Source: Spirulina sp. | Lineage (GTDB): Bacteria; Cyanobacteriota; Cyanobacteriia; Phormidesmidales; Phormidesmidaceae | Assembly: GCA_044070495.1 (NCBI GenBank) | Contig: JBIPSI010000045.1 | Span: 1-32,144, forward strand | Length of the DNA: 32,144 bases | Direction: 5' to 3' | Position numbers and translations under genes: made by a program | The notes under the pieces: model-generated | The model's input: only the letters and a program-made list of their open reading frames with translations | What the model was told of the DNA's origin: nothing | The model's database searches: none | In this document: positions 1 through 8,261 of the stretch, piece by piece | How the letters are laid out: each line of letters begins with the position of its first letter | Numbering within the stretch: position 1 is the stretch's first letter

Positions 1-935
1 GTGCGTTTGGGCCTTACCGTTTTTAACCGTACTCGCGCCGTCAGAGCGCTACAACCAACAGCAAGGGCGACGGCACAAAGCGTTAACCGATTGGGCGAGA
101 CAAATGCTGGTTCAAGTCCGACGCTGGCTAGGCCATCGGCCCATGGTGGTGGTGGCCGACAGCAGCTTCGCGGCGCTAGACTTTTTGGCCTCGGTGAGCC
201 ATTTACCGAATCCGATTCACGTCGTCACTCGACTGCGCTTAGATGCCGCCCTTTATGAACCCCCTCCGCCCCGCGACGCCCACACCATCGGTCGTCCTCG
301 CAAAGTCGGGCTACGCTTACCCACCCTAAACACGCGATTGGAGGATGCCACCACCCGCTGGCCGTCCCTGACCCTGGAGGGTTGGTATGGTCAGCAAACC
401 TACACCTTAGAATGGGTTTCCCAAACAGCGGTGTGGTACCACACGGGACGTCCCCCTGTCCCGATTCGTTGGGTCTTAGTCCGGGACCCGCTGGGCCAGT
501 TGGAGCCGCAGGCCTTTCTCTGTACTGATTTAGAGGTCACACCCGCCCAAATCTTGCTCTGGTTTCGGCAACGCTGGCAAGTTGAAGTCACCTTCCAGGA
601 GGTGCGGGCTCATTTGGGTGTCGAAACCCAGCGACAGTGGTCTGACTTAGCAATCCTACGCACTACACCTGCCCTGCTCTCACTCTTCTCCCTCGTCGTG
701 CTCCTCACCCAGCGCCTGCACCCCCAATTTACCTTCCCCCTACCTCATACCGCCTGGTACATCAAGCAACACCCGACCTTTGCGGATGCCTTGGCCTTTG
801 TCCGTCGCTATCTATGGGCTTCTCGGCTTTTTCAGACATCGCAAGATGACCTTGAGTACGTTAAAGTCCCTCGCCCTATCTTTGACACCTGGACCGAGTT
901 ACTCTGCCATGCCGCCTGATTGGATAAAGTCGAGC
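1..935 (+). mobile_element. IS701-like insertion sequence, right part
   Basis: The transposase stop is followed by a short terminus GGATAAAGTCGAGC and then TTAG (936-939), which matches the YTAR-type target of this family. The left end is outside the window. Confidence 0.7.
2..919 (+). CDS. IS701-like (DDE superfamily) transposase, 5'-truncated by the window edge
   Basis: Frame 2 is open from base 2 (CVWALPFLTVLAPSERY...HKALTDWARQML) into ORF 104..919. Motifs VADSSFA, QAFLCTD, RWQVEVTFQEVRAHLG and TAWY..K.HPTFAD are typical of IS701/IS4-like DDE transposases. Confidence 0.88.
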   Translation, partial: CVWALPFLTVLAPSERYNQQQGRRHKALTDWARQMLVQVRRWLGHRPMVVVADSSFAALDFLASVSHLPNPIHVVTRLRLDAALYEPPPPRDAHTIGRPRKVGLRLPTLNTRLEDATTRWPSLTLEGWYGQQTYTLEWVSQTAVWYHTGRPPVPIRWVLVRDPLGQLEPQAFLCTDLEVTPAQILLWFRQRWQVEVTFQEVRAHLGVETQRQWSDLAILRTTPALLSLFSLVVLLTQRLHPQFTFPLPHTAWYIKQHPTFADALAFVRRYLWASRLFQTSQDDLEYVKVPRPIFDTWTELLCHAA

Positions 936-938
936 TTA

Positions 939-1069
939 GAGGGCGTTTGAAAAGGGTTGCCTCAGGTACGATTGGTCGCTAGATCGGTGCAAATCTACGG
1001 GATTTTTGACGACTGAGGCTGACCTCATCGGTATAACTTGGGACAAGCTTCGGCTTTTCAAACGTCCTC
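939..1069. mobile_element. 131-bp MITE with 16-bp TIRs and TTA target duplication
   Basis: GAGGGCGTTTGAAAAG (939-954) and CTTTTCAAACGTCCTC (1054-1069) are 15/16 complementary. TTA lies on both flanks (936-938 and 1070-1072). Confidence 0.8.
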
Positions 1070-1105
1070 TTAGAGATGGGGCAGATGATTAGGGTTTCCT
1101 GTCCT

Positions 1106-3058
1106 TTATGTCCCATCCAGCCGTTCTGCAAGATCCATCCAGCGTTCGGTGGCGGCGTCAATTTTGGCAGAGAGAGTGGCCAGTTGCTCCGAGAGGCGGG
1201 TCACTTCTTCGTAGTCGCTGGGGGCATCACCGTAGAGGCATTTTTCGATGGCTTCCTTTTCCGCTTCTAACTCTGGAATTTGGGTTTCCAGTTGTTCGTA
1301 CTCGCGTTTTTCTTTGTAGGATAGCTTTTTGCCCTGGGTGCCGTTAGTGTTGGTTTTTTCCGGGGCTGATACATTCGAGGATGCGCTAGATTGAGCCACT
1401 TTGCTATCGGCTTTAGCGGCTTCCCGTTGGCGTTCTTCTTCCCGTTCTTTCTCAGCTTTTTTATAATCTATATAAACGGAATAGTTGCCGGGATATTGGC
1501 GCAGAAGACCGTTTCCTTCAAAGGAAAAGATGGTGTTGACGGTGCGGTCTAGAAAATAACGGTCGTGGGAAACCACAATTACGCAGCCGTTAAATTCCTC
1601 TAGGTATTCCTCTAGAACGCCCAGGGTTTGTACGTCTAGATCATTGGTAGGTTCGTCTAGAATCAGCAAATTCGGGGCCGACATCAGCACTTGCAACAAA
1701 AAGAGCCGTCGCCGCTCGCCACCAGACAGCTTTTGCAGCGGGGCGTATTGCTGATTGGGGGTAAACAAAAAGCGTTCCAGCATTTGGGAGGCGGTGATGG
1801 TGCTGCCGTCGGCGGTGGTAACCAGTTCGGCGGTTTCCTTGAGGTATTCAATCACCCGTTGCTCAGGATTTTTGAACAGGTCTTCGGAATGCTGGTCAAA
1901 ATAGCCGACATGGATGGTAGTGCCCATTTCCACGGTGCCTTCGTCGGGTTCTAGGCGTCCGGTAATCACGTTCATCAGGGTAGATTTGCCGACGCCATTA
2001 GGGCCAATGATACCCACCCGATCATCGGGGGCAAAGGCATAGGTAAAGTCCTTAAACAGCGTCCGTCCTTCGTAGCCCTTAGCCACGTTTTCGAGTTCGA
2101 TCACCTTTTTGCCAATGCGGCGGCCAGCGGTGGAAATATCCACTTTGCCAAGGGATTGCTTGAACTCGCGGTTCTGCATGTCGCCAATGCGATCAATGCG
2201 GGCTTTTTGCTTGGTGCTGCGGGCCTTGGGGCCACGCTTTAGCCATTCCAGTTCTCGCCGTAGCACTCCGGCATGTTTTTTTTGGGAACTGACTTCCGAG
2301 GCTTCGGACAACGCTTTTTTCTCTAGGTAGTAGGCGTAGTTTCCGGCGTAGCTGTAGAGGTCGCCTCGGTCGATTTCTAAAATGCGGTTAGTGACTTGAT
2401 CCAAAAAGTAGCGGTCGTGGGTAATCAACAGCAAGGCCCCCCGAAAGCCGCTGAGGTAGCTTTGCAGCCATTCCACCGATTCCGCATCCAAATGGTTGGT
2501 GGGTTCGTCCATTAATAGGGCATCGGGGTCGGACAATAGCGCCGCCGCAATGGCCACCCGTTTGCGATAGCCGCCCGATAGATCGCCCACCTTGGCATCA
2601 AAATCCTCAATACCCAGCTTGCTGAGGATCACCTTGGCGTTGGTTTCCAAATCCCAGGCATCGGCGGCGGAAATTTTTTCTGTCACCGCCGAGAGTTGGG
2701 CCATGAGTCGGTCAGGATTCCCCGTGCCCTGGGCTAGGTGGTGCGAAAGGTCTTCGTATTCGCGGATTAGGGCCATAGATTCCCCGGCATCGGCAAACAC
2801 CTGTTCTAAAACGGTGTGGTCGGCCTCAAAGTCGGGCTGCTGCGGTAGATAGACTACCTTAGCCCCAGGGTTGAGCCAAAATTCGCCGCTATCAAAGGGT
2901 TCTAGCCCTGCGATCATCTTCAGCAGGGTAGATTTGCCGGATCCGTTGGTGCCAATCAGCCCTACCTTATCGCCCTCATCGAGGCTAAAGCTGGCATCGC
3001 GCAGGATTTCCTTAATGCCAAAGTCTTTGTGAACGGAGCGCAGGGTAAAGAGGGCCAT
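1106..3058 (-). CDS. uup: ABC-F family ATPase (Uup/YfmR-like)
   Basis: Two NBDs (GTNGSGKST, LSGG, DEPTNHLD; GPNGVGKST, LSGGE, DEPTNDLD). Linker RELEWLKRGPKARSTKQKARI, C-terminal coiled coil KLSYKEKREYEQLE...ERWMDL, and no TM segments. Confidence 0.9.
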   Translation of the reverse strand: MALFTLRSVHKDFGIKEILRDASFSLDEGDKVGLIGTNGSGKSTLLKMIAGLEPFDSGEFWLNPGAKVVYLPQQPDFEADHTVLEQVFADAGESMALIREYEDLSHHLAQGTGNPDRLMAQLSAVTEKISAADAWDLETNAKVILSKLGIEDFDAKVGDLSGGYRKRVAIAAALLSDPDALLMDEPTNHLDAESVEWLQSYLSGFRGALLLITHDRYFLDQVTNRILEIDRGDLYSYAGNYAYYLEKKALSEASEVSSQKKHAGVLRRELEWLKRGPKARSTKQKARIDRIGDMQNREFKQSLGKVDISTAGRRIGKKVIELENVAKGYEGRTLFKDFTYAFAPDDRVGIIGPNGVGKSTLMNVITGRLEPDEGTVEMGTTIHVGYFDQHSEDLFKNPEQRVIEYLKETAELVTTADGSTITASQMLERFLFTPNQQYAPLQKLSGGERRRLFLLQVLMSAPNLLILDEPTNDLDVQTLGVLEEYLEEFNGCVIVVSHDRYFLDRTVNTIFSFEGNGLLRQYPGNYSVYIDYKKAEKEREEERQREAAKADSKVAQSSASSNVSAPEKTNTNGTQGKKLSYKEKREYEQLETQIPELEAEKEAIEKCLYGDAPSDYEEVTRLSEQLATLSAKIDAATERWMDLAERLDGT

Positions 3059-3372
3059 AGAACCAGAGGGAATTAACAGAAGTGGGAAAGCGGCGGTGGA
3101 GAATGAACGTTTCTAGCTGACAACGTCCTTAGTCATTATCAGTGTGAACCATTCCTGACCGGATAGACGACGGTAGACGAGGTTGAAGGGGCTTCAGGGC
3201 ATCCATTCATGTCTAGGGTGCATCCGCAAAGCAATGCCCCATCCAGAGCTAGGATGGCCCACTGTCCTACAAATTTCTTAGGATTACGGCCTAGAGTACT
3301 GTGGGACAATCTGCAAGGTTTTGTCCCCTACCATTCACCCCCTCGCCCCCTATTCCCCTGGAGAAATGCACC

Positions 3373-4050
3373 ATGAGCGATAGCCCGATTCAAGTGATTG
3401 TGGCCGCCTTTAATAGCCCCGACGAAGCTGGCCTAGTGATGGACGAGATTAAGCAGGGCAAACGGGAGGGCCTGATTGGGATCCTCGATGCCGCCGTGGT
3501 GGTGAAAAACGCCGAGGGTAAGCTCAAGATTACCGATGCCAAACGCCGCAGCCGCAAGGGGTTGATCACGGGTGGCGTGGTCGGTGGCCTGATTGGCTTG
3601 GTGCTGGCTCCGCCGGTGGCGGCGGTGGCCGTGGGCGGCGGGGCTATTGGGGCACTGGTGGGCAAGCTGCGTAGTGCGCCCCTCAAGGCGGAAATGAAAG
3701 ACCTCGGAACGGCCCTTCAGCCGAATACCTCGGCCATTATCGCCGTGATTGAGCACACCTGGGTTGAGAAGCTGGAAGCCGCCCTCGCCGAGGCAGGTGC
3801 CCAGTTGATCCGTGAGGTGATTAAGGCCGACATTGCCGAACAACTTGAGGCTGGGGGTAACGTTCTCTATACCGCCGGGGCCAGCAACGAAGCCCTAGGG
3901 GCCGCCCGTGTCGCCCAAGCCGGAGACAGCCTCAGCATCGGCGGCGTAGCCATGACCGACGAGGGACTCTTTTTGGAAAGCGCCGAAATTCTCCTGACCG
4001 GCGATGAAGTAGAGGCCGACGGGGAAGAGACCCCTTCCTCCGCCGTTTAG
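3373..4050 (+). CDS. DUF1269-like membrane protein
   Basis: ILDAAVVVKNAEGKLKI, glycine-zipper GGVVGGLIGLVL...GGGAIGALVG and LQPNTSAIIAV. The ATG at 3373 is preferred over the GTG at 3301. Confidence 0.75.
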   Translation: MSDSPIQVIVAAFNSPDEAGLVMDEIKQGKREGLIGILDAAVVVKNAEGKLKITDAKRRSRKGLITGGVVGGLIGLVLAPPVAAVAVGGGAIGALVGKLRSAPLKAEMKDLGTALQPNTSAIIAVIEHTWVEKLEAALAEAGAQLIREVIKADIAEQLEAGGNVLYTAGASNEALGAARVAQAGDSLSIGGVAMTDEGLFLESAEILLTGDEVEADGEETPSSAV

Positions 4051-4068
4051 CCACCCTGGGCCATCGAA

Positions 4069-4172
4069 CCGGGCGCGACAACCGCGCCCCTACGGCATGG
4101 GGATCATGTAGGGGTCAGGTCTCCTGACCCTTTGACGGATCTGAGTTTTAGCCAATGTTGTCGGCCAACCAG
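4069..4172. repeat. REP-doublet element, degenerate copy of 10988-11117 in the opposite orientation
   Basis: CCGGGCGCGACAACCGCGCCCCTAC, 14 nt, then GTAGGGGTCAGGTCTCCTGACCC, followed by ...TGTCGGCCAACCAG. Aligns over about 100 bp with the reverse complement of 10988-11090. Confidence 0.8.
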
Positions 4173-4236
4173 GCGCTCACCTATCCTGGGTTTGGTTGTA
4201 TGGTTAACTCGTTCTGTATCCCTTATCCCTCTGCCC

Positions 4237-6399
4237 ATGACTCCTTCGGCTTCGTCTCCGGCCTCGATGATTGCCAACGAGTTAAATCTTCGCGACGCCC
4301 AAGTCAATGCCGCCCTGGCCCTCTTTGCCGAAGGCGCGACGGTGCCCTTTGTGGCCCGCTATCGAAAAGAGCGCACGGGCAATTTGGATGAAGTCCAACT
4401 GCGGCAAATTGCGGAACGCTACGAGTATTTGACCGAGCTGGAAGACCGCCGCCAAACGGTGCTGACGGAAATTGAATCCCAAGGCAAGCTCACCCCAGAC
4501 CTGAAGGCCGCCATCCTGGCCTGTCAGCAAAAGACGGAACTGGAGGATCTCTACCTGCCCTATCGCCCCAAGCGCCGCACCCGCGCCACCATGGCCAAGG
4601 GAAAGGGGTTAGAGCCGTTGGCCCAGCACATTGAGGCCAGTAATCAGTCGGGTCAGCGACTTAACCTAATCCAGATCGCCCAGGGGTTCGTCAACGCTGA
4701 CAAGGGGGTGGCAACGGTGGAAGATGCCCTGCAAGGGGCGGCGGATATTTTGGCCGAGCAGGTGGCGGAACGGGCCAATTTTCGCGGCTATGTGCGGGAT
4801 CAACTGCTGAAGCAGGGGCAGATTACCGCCAGCGTCAAAAAAGATCATCCCGAAGGCAGCACCAAGTACGAAATGTATCGGGCCTATCAGAATCCGGTGC
4901 GCTCCATCGCCTCCCACAACCTGCTGGCCCTGCTGCGGGGCGAACGGGAGGGGGTGCTGAGGGTGAGTCTTGACCTTGAGGCCGAGCCAATCCTGAATAC
5001 CTTGGCCAAACGCACGGTGAAAACCTCGGTGCCGGAGCTGCGCCAGTTCTATCAAACCCTAATCCAAGACGCCTACAGCCGTCTGATGAAGCCGTCCCTC
5101 ACCAGCGAAGTGATAGCCGAGAAAAAAGCCTGGGCCGATGAGGTGTCGATCCAAACCTTTGAGGCCAATTTGAAAAACCTGCTGCTGTCGCCCCCGGCGG
5201 GGATGAAGCCGACGCTAGGTGTCGATCCGGGCTTTCGCACGGGCTGCAAGGTGGCGGCGGTGGATGGTACGGGCAAATTTTTGGAGTACCAGGCAATTTT
5301 TCCGCACCAGTCGGCCCAGCAGCGGCAGCGGGCGGCGGAAACCCTAGCGGCGATGATCCGCAAACACAAGATCGAACTGATCGCCATTGGCAACGGCACC
5401 GCCAGCCGCGAAACCGATGCCTTTGTGGGGGAAGTCCTCAAAAACCTGAGCAACCCACCCGTGAAAGTTTTTGTCAACGAATCCGGGGCATCTATCTATT
5501 CGGCCAGTGAAGTGGCGGCGGCGGAATTCCCTGACCTAGACCTCACCGTGCGGGGGGCGATTAGCATTGCCCGACGGCTGCAAGACCCTCTGGCGGAACT
5601 GGTGAAAATTGATCCCAAATCCATCGGCGTGGGGCAATATCAGCATGATGTCGATCAAAAGCGGCTGAAGCAAAAGCTGGATGACACCATCGAAAGCTGC
5701 GTGAATTACGTCGGGGTAGACCTGAATATGGCCTCCCGTGAGTTGTTGACCTACGTATCTGGCATTACCCCAGCGGTGGCCAACAACATTGTGGAGTATC
5801 GCGACACCAACGGTGCATTTCAGTCCCGCAAAGAATTGCTAAAGGTAAAAAAACTTGGCCCTAAAGCCTTTGAACAGGCGGCAGGTTTTTTACGTATTCG
5901 CGACGGCAAAAATCCCTTAGACAATACAGCCGTCCACCCCGAAAGCTACGCCATTGTGGATAAAATTGCCGCTGATTTAGGCATTCCCCTGACCCAAATT
6001 TCCCAGGTGGCTGACCGTTTTAAGCGCCTCGATATTCGCCAATACACCACCGAAACAGCGGGAGAACTCACCCTCAAAGACATTCTGCAAGAGCTAGAAA
6101 AACCTGGCCGCGACCCCCGTGAGCAGTTCACCTACGCCCGCTTCCAAGAAGGCATCAACGAAATTACCGATCTCAAATCGGGGATGGTTCTAGAAGGCAC
6201 CGTCACCAACGTTACCAACTTTGGGGCCTTTGTAGATGTGGGGGTACATCAAGACGGCCTGGTTCACATTTCCCAACTGGCCAACCGTTTTGTCAGCGAC
6301 CCCAACGACATTGTCAAAGTGGGGCAGGTAGTCAAAGTACGGGTGATGGAAGTAGACACCAAACTCAAACGCATTGGCCTATCGATGAAACAAGCCTAG
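4237..6399 (+). CDS. tex: Tex/YhgF RNA-binding transcriptional accessory protein
   Basis: EGATVPFVARYRKERTG, LEDLYLPYRPKRRTRA, YqgF-like GVDPGFRTGCKVA, HhH region and C-terminal S1 domain (GTVTNVTNFGAFVDVGVHQDGLVHISQL). The ATG at 4237 is preferred because the longer ORF starts inside a repeat. Confidence 0.95.
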   Translation: MTPSASSPASMIANELNLRDAQVNAALALFAEGATVPFVARYRKERTGNLDEVQLRQIAERYEYLTELEDRRQTVLTEIESQGKLTPDLKAAILACQQKTELEDLYLPYRPKRRTRATMAKGKGLEPLAQHIEASNQSGQRLNLIQIAQGFVNADKGVATVEDALQGAADILAEQVAERANFRGYVRDQLLKQGQITASVKKDHPEGSTKYEMYRAYQNPVRSIASHNLLALLRGEREGVLRVSLDLEAEPILNTLAKRTVKTSVPELRQFYQTLIQDAYSRLMKPSLTSEVIAEKKAWADEVSIQTFEANLKNLLLSPPAGMKPTLGVDPGFRTGCKVAAVDGTGKFLEYQAIFPHQSAQQRQRAAETLAAMIRKHKIELIAIGNGTASRETDAFVGEVLKNLSNPPVKVFVNESGASIYSASEVAAAEFPDLDLTVRGAISIARRLQDPLAELVKIDPKSIGVGQYQHDVDQKRLKQKLDDTIESCVNYVGVDLNMASRELLTYVSGITPAVANNIVEYRDTNGAFQSRKELLKVKKLGPKAFEQAAGFLRIRDGKNPLDNTAVHPESYAIVDKIAADLGIPLTQISQVADRFKRLDIRQYTTETAGELTLKDILQELEKPGRDPREQFTYARFQEGINEITDLKSGMVLEGTVTNVTNFGAFVDVGVHQDGLVHISQLANRFVSDPNDIVKVGQVVKVRVMEVDTKLKRIGLSMKQA

Positions 6400-6415
6400 G
6401 TCACGGCTTGGTCAT

Positions 6416-6485
6416 TCTCCAAAGGCGAGTGTTGGGTTCCGCTTCGCTGCACCCAACCTACTTTGGAGATGTGTCAGGCAATCAG
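6416..6485. repeat. GTAG-type REP hairpin with TIR-like end, near-identical to 24563-24623
   Basis: The reverse complement of 6424-6485 (CTGATTGCCTGACACATCTCCAAAGTAGGTTGGGTGCAGCGAAGCGGAACCCAACACTCGCC) matches 24563-24623 except for about 2 nt. An outer stem TCTCCAAAG/CTTTGGAGA is also present. Confidence 0.85.
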
Positions 6486-6615
6486 GGGGCAATGTCTTAA
6501 CCAGACTGGCTGCGGCTATAGCTGGGGGCAACGCTGATCTTCCATGGAAGTTTTATCTACCCCATCGCTATCGTGCGATCATGGATTGTTCGCGAGCACC
6601 GGGATGGGACAAACG

Positions 6616-6723
6616 ATGGAATCAAGCGTAGTGATGGATGCCCTATTGGGGGGATTGGCCCTAGCGATTTTGCTGGGTGGGTTGTGGATGTTGTTGAGTG
6701 GCGTAGGCGATATGAATCGCTGA
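6616..6723 (+). CDS. Small single-pass membrane protein (35 aa), below the ORF-track cutoff
   Basis: MESSVVMDALLGGLALAILLGGLWMLLSGVGDMNR*, with a purine-rich GGGA upstream and one clean hydrophobic helix. Alternative ATG at 6604. Confidence 0.55.
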   Translation: MESSVVMDALLGGLALAILLGGLWMLLSGVGDMNR

Positions 6724-7305
6724 GGTGGATGGAGGCCGTTCCGATAAACTTGCCCGCCCGGTGACGTAGGCGTAGAGTTTCACGACTCCGTAGGCGAGGG
6801 TAATGGCCAGTAACAGGCTGGCGATGATCAGGCGACCGAGGTTCTGCCACCAGAGCAGCGCTAAACCCAGGGCCACCAGATCAACGGCAATCACCCCCAG
6901 GCGGTGACGGGGGCCTGCCGGTTGAAAAACCTCTCCGTCAAAACGGCCATTGGCTCCCAGATTAAACCCCAGCAGGCTGAGCAAAATCAGCACCATGCCG
7001 AATCCCGGATCGCCAGCGGCAGCCAGATAAAATCCGCAGATTTCACCAACAATGGTGAGCGCCAAGACCGCTGTAAATCGACGCAGCCGGGGCGTTGTAC
7101 CTAGGTGACGCGCCGCCAGTACCCGCTGCACATCCACCCGCGCCATGTGGGCCTGTTCCAAGAGCATCAGCCCTAGGGCGAGGGCTAGCAACCGCTGCGG
7201 CAGGGGCAAGGGGGCGATTCCCTGGCTGAGTAATCCTAGGGCGGCGGGCAAGAAGCAAAGGCCTACCGCCATCGGTATCGGGGAGGTGGATCGACCGTGG
7301 GCCAT
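6661..7305 (-). CDS. Hypothetical multi-pass membrane protein coupled to sigG
   Basis: About 6 hydrophobic segments. Its ATG directly abuts the sigG stop (TAAATG on the minus strand). Confidence 0.75.
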   Translation of the reverse strand: MAHGRSTSPIPMAVGLCFLPAALGLLSQGIAPLPLPQRLLALALGLMLLEQAHMARVDVQRVLAARHLGTTPRLRRFTAVLALTIVGEICGFYLAAAGDPGFGMVLILLSLLGFNLGANGRFDGEVFQPAGPRHRLGVIAVDLVALGLALLWWQNLGRLIIASLLLAITLAYGVVKLYAYVTGRASLSERPPSTSAIHIAYATQQHPQPTQQNR

Positions 7306-7962
7306 TTATTCGTGGCCTAGGTAGGGGTTTAGATCGCCCTGGAGGCGCTGGCGGGCGCGGGCAATGCGAGACTTTACGGTGCCTAGGGAGACGCCGGTGA
7401 TATCGGCAATTTCCTCGTAGGCTAGACCTTGGATTTCCCGCAGCACAATGGCGGTGCGGAACACCTCCGGCAGATCGGCAATGGCGCGGTGCAGGTGGGC
7501 ATAGAACTCTTGGGTCATCAAGGCGTCCACGGGGCCAGGATCGGAGGCGGGAACATCCCACTCGATGGATCCGTCCTCTAGGTTGAGGGGCGCATCCAGG
7601 GATAGGGTGGTGCGGCCACGCTTGCGACGGCGCAGTTCGTCGTAGAACAGGTTGGTGGTAATGCGGCTCAGCCAGCCTTTAAACTTAGCGGGTTCGTTCA
7701 GTCGTCGAATGTTGCGGTAGACCCGAATCCAGACCTCTTGGGAGAGATCGGCTCGGTCGGGCCAGTCGGGGGCGAGGTGGTAGAGCAGTTTATCAACATG
7801 GCCCTGGTAGCGTCGCAGCAACTCTGCAAAGATGGCCCGGTCAGGGCGTAGTCGCTGCTGACAGAGAACCACTAGTTCTGAGTTGGTTAACTCACTGGGG
7901 TTAACCGATGGCTTGGGAACTCTGAGGGGGACAGACCAAGTAGAGAACATAGGATGACTCAT
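7306..7962 (-). CDS. sigG: ECF (group 4) sigma factor, cyanobacterial SigG type
   Basis: LLYHLAPDWPDRADLSQEVWIRVYRNI, FKGWLSRITTNLFYDELRRRKR and LPEVFRTAIVLREIQGLAYEEIADITGVSLGTVKSRIARAR. Start taken at ATG 7962 (alternative GTG 7986). Confidence 0.9.
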   Translation of the reverse strand: MSHPMFSTWSVPLRVPKPSVNPSELTNSELVVLCQQRLRPDRAIFAELLRRYQGHVDKLLYHLAPDWPDRADLSQEVWIRVYRNIRRLNEPAKFKGWLSRITTNLFYDELRRRKRGRTTLSLDAPLNLEDGSIEWDVPASDPGPVDALMTQEFYAHLHRAIADLPEVFRTAIVLREIQGLAYEEIADITGVSLGTVKSRIARARQRLQGDLNPYLGHE

Positions 7963-8088
7963 TTTTTCTAGGGGTACGCCGTTCACTCAGCGCCGTTCGT
8001 ACATAGCAGGGATAGCTGTAGACCGTTGCAACAACGTGGCTCCTTGACAGGCCCTCACAGGCTTGTCCGTATTGTGCCCGTCTCCCCT

Positions 8089-8148
8089 TGAAACCATGCT
8101 CTCCCATGTGCCTGTGCTTGGGTTGGCACATGGGAGAGCATGGTTTCA
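8089..8148. repeat. Perfect 24-bp inverted repeat with 12-nt loop upstream of sigG
   Basis: TGAAACCATGCTCTCCCATGTGCC (8089-8112) and GGCACATGGGAGAGCATGGTTTCA (8125-8148). Confidence 0.9.
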
Positions 8149-8150
8149 TC

Positions 8151-8219
8151 AAAAAAGTCCCTTTCTCCCCGTTAGGTCGAGCGCCTTGGGCCGACTGGTA
8201 CAGCGGGGAGCAAAGGGAC
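8151..8219 (-). terminator. Probable intrinsic terminator of the FAD oxidoreductase gene
   Basis: Imperfect stem GTCCCTTT-CTCCCCG / CGGGGAGCAAAGGGAC, followed on the minus strand by T6 (A6 at 8151-8156). It lies about 40 nt after the stop. Confidence 0.6.
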
Positions 8220-8261
8220 ATTGATCGGGGCTATGGGCCGATTCAGGGATTGGCCTACGGG

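Noticed and set aside
4132..4236. N-terminal extension of Tex
   Set aside because: The TTG start lies inside a repeat element, and family similarity begins after ATG 4237.
7977..8045. SigG autoregulatory promoter and GAACGGCG direct repeats
   Set aside because: The GGAGC-N15-GTCTA match and the two 8-bp repeats are too short and off-consensus to call without TSS data.
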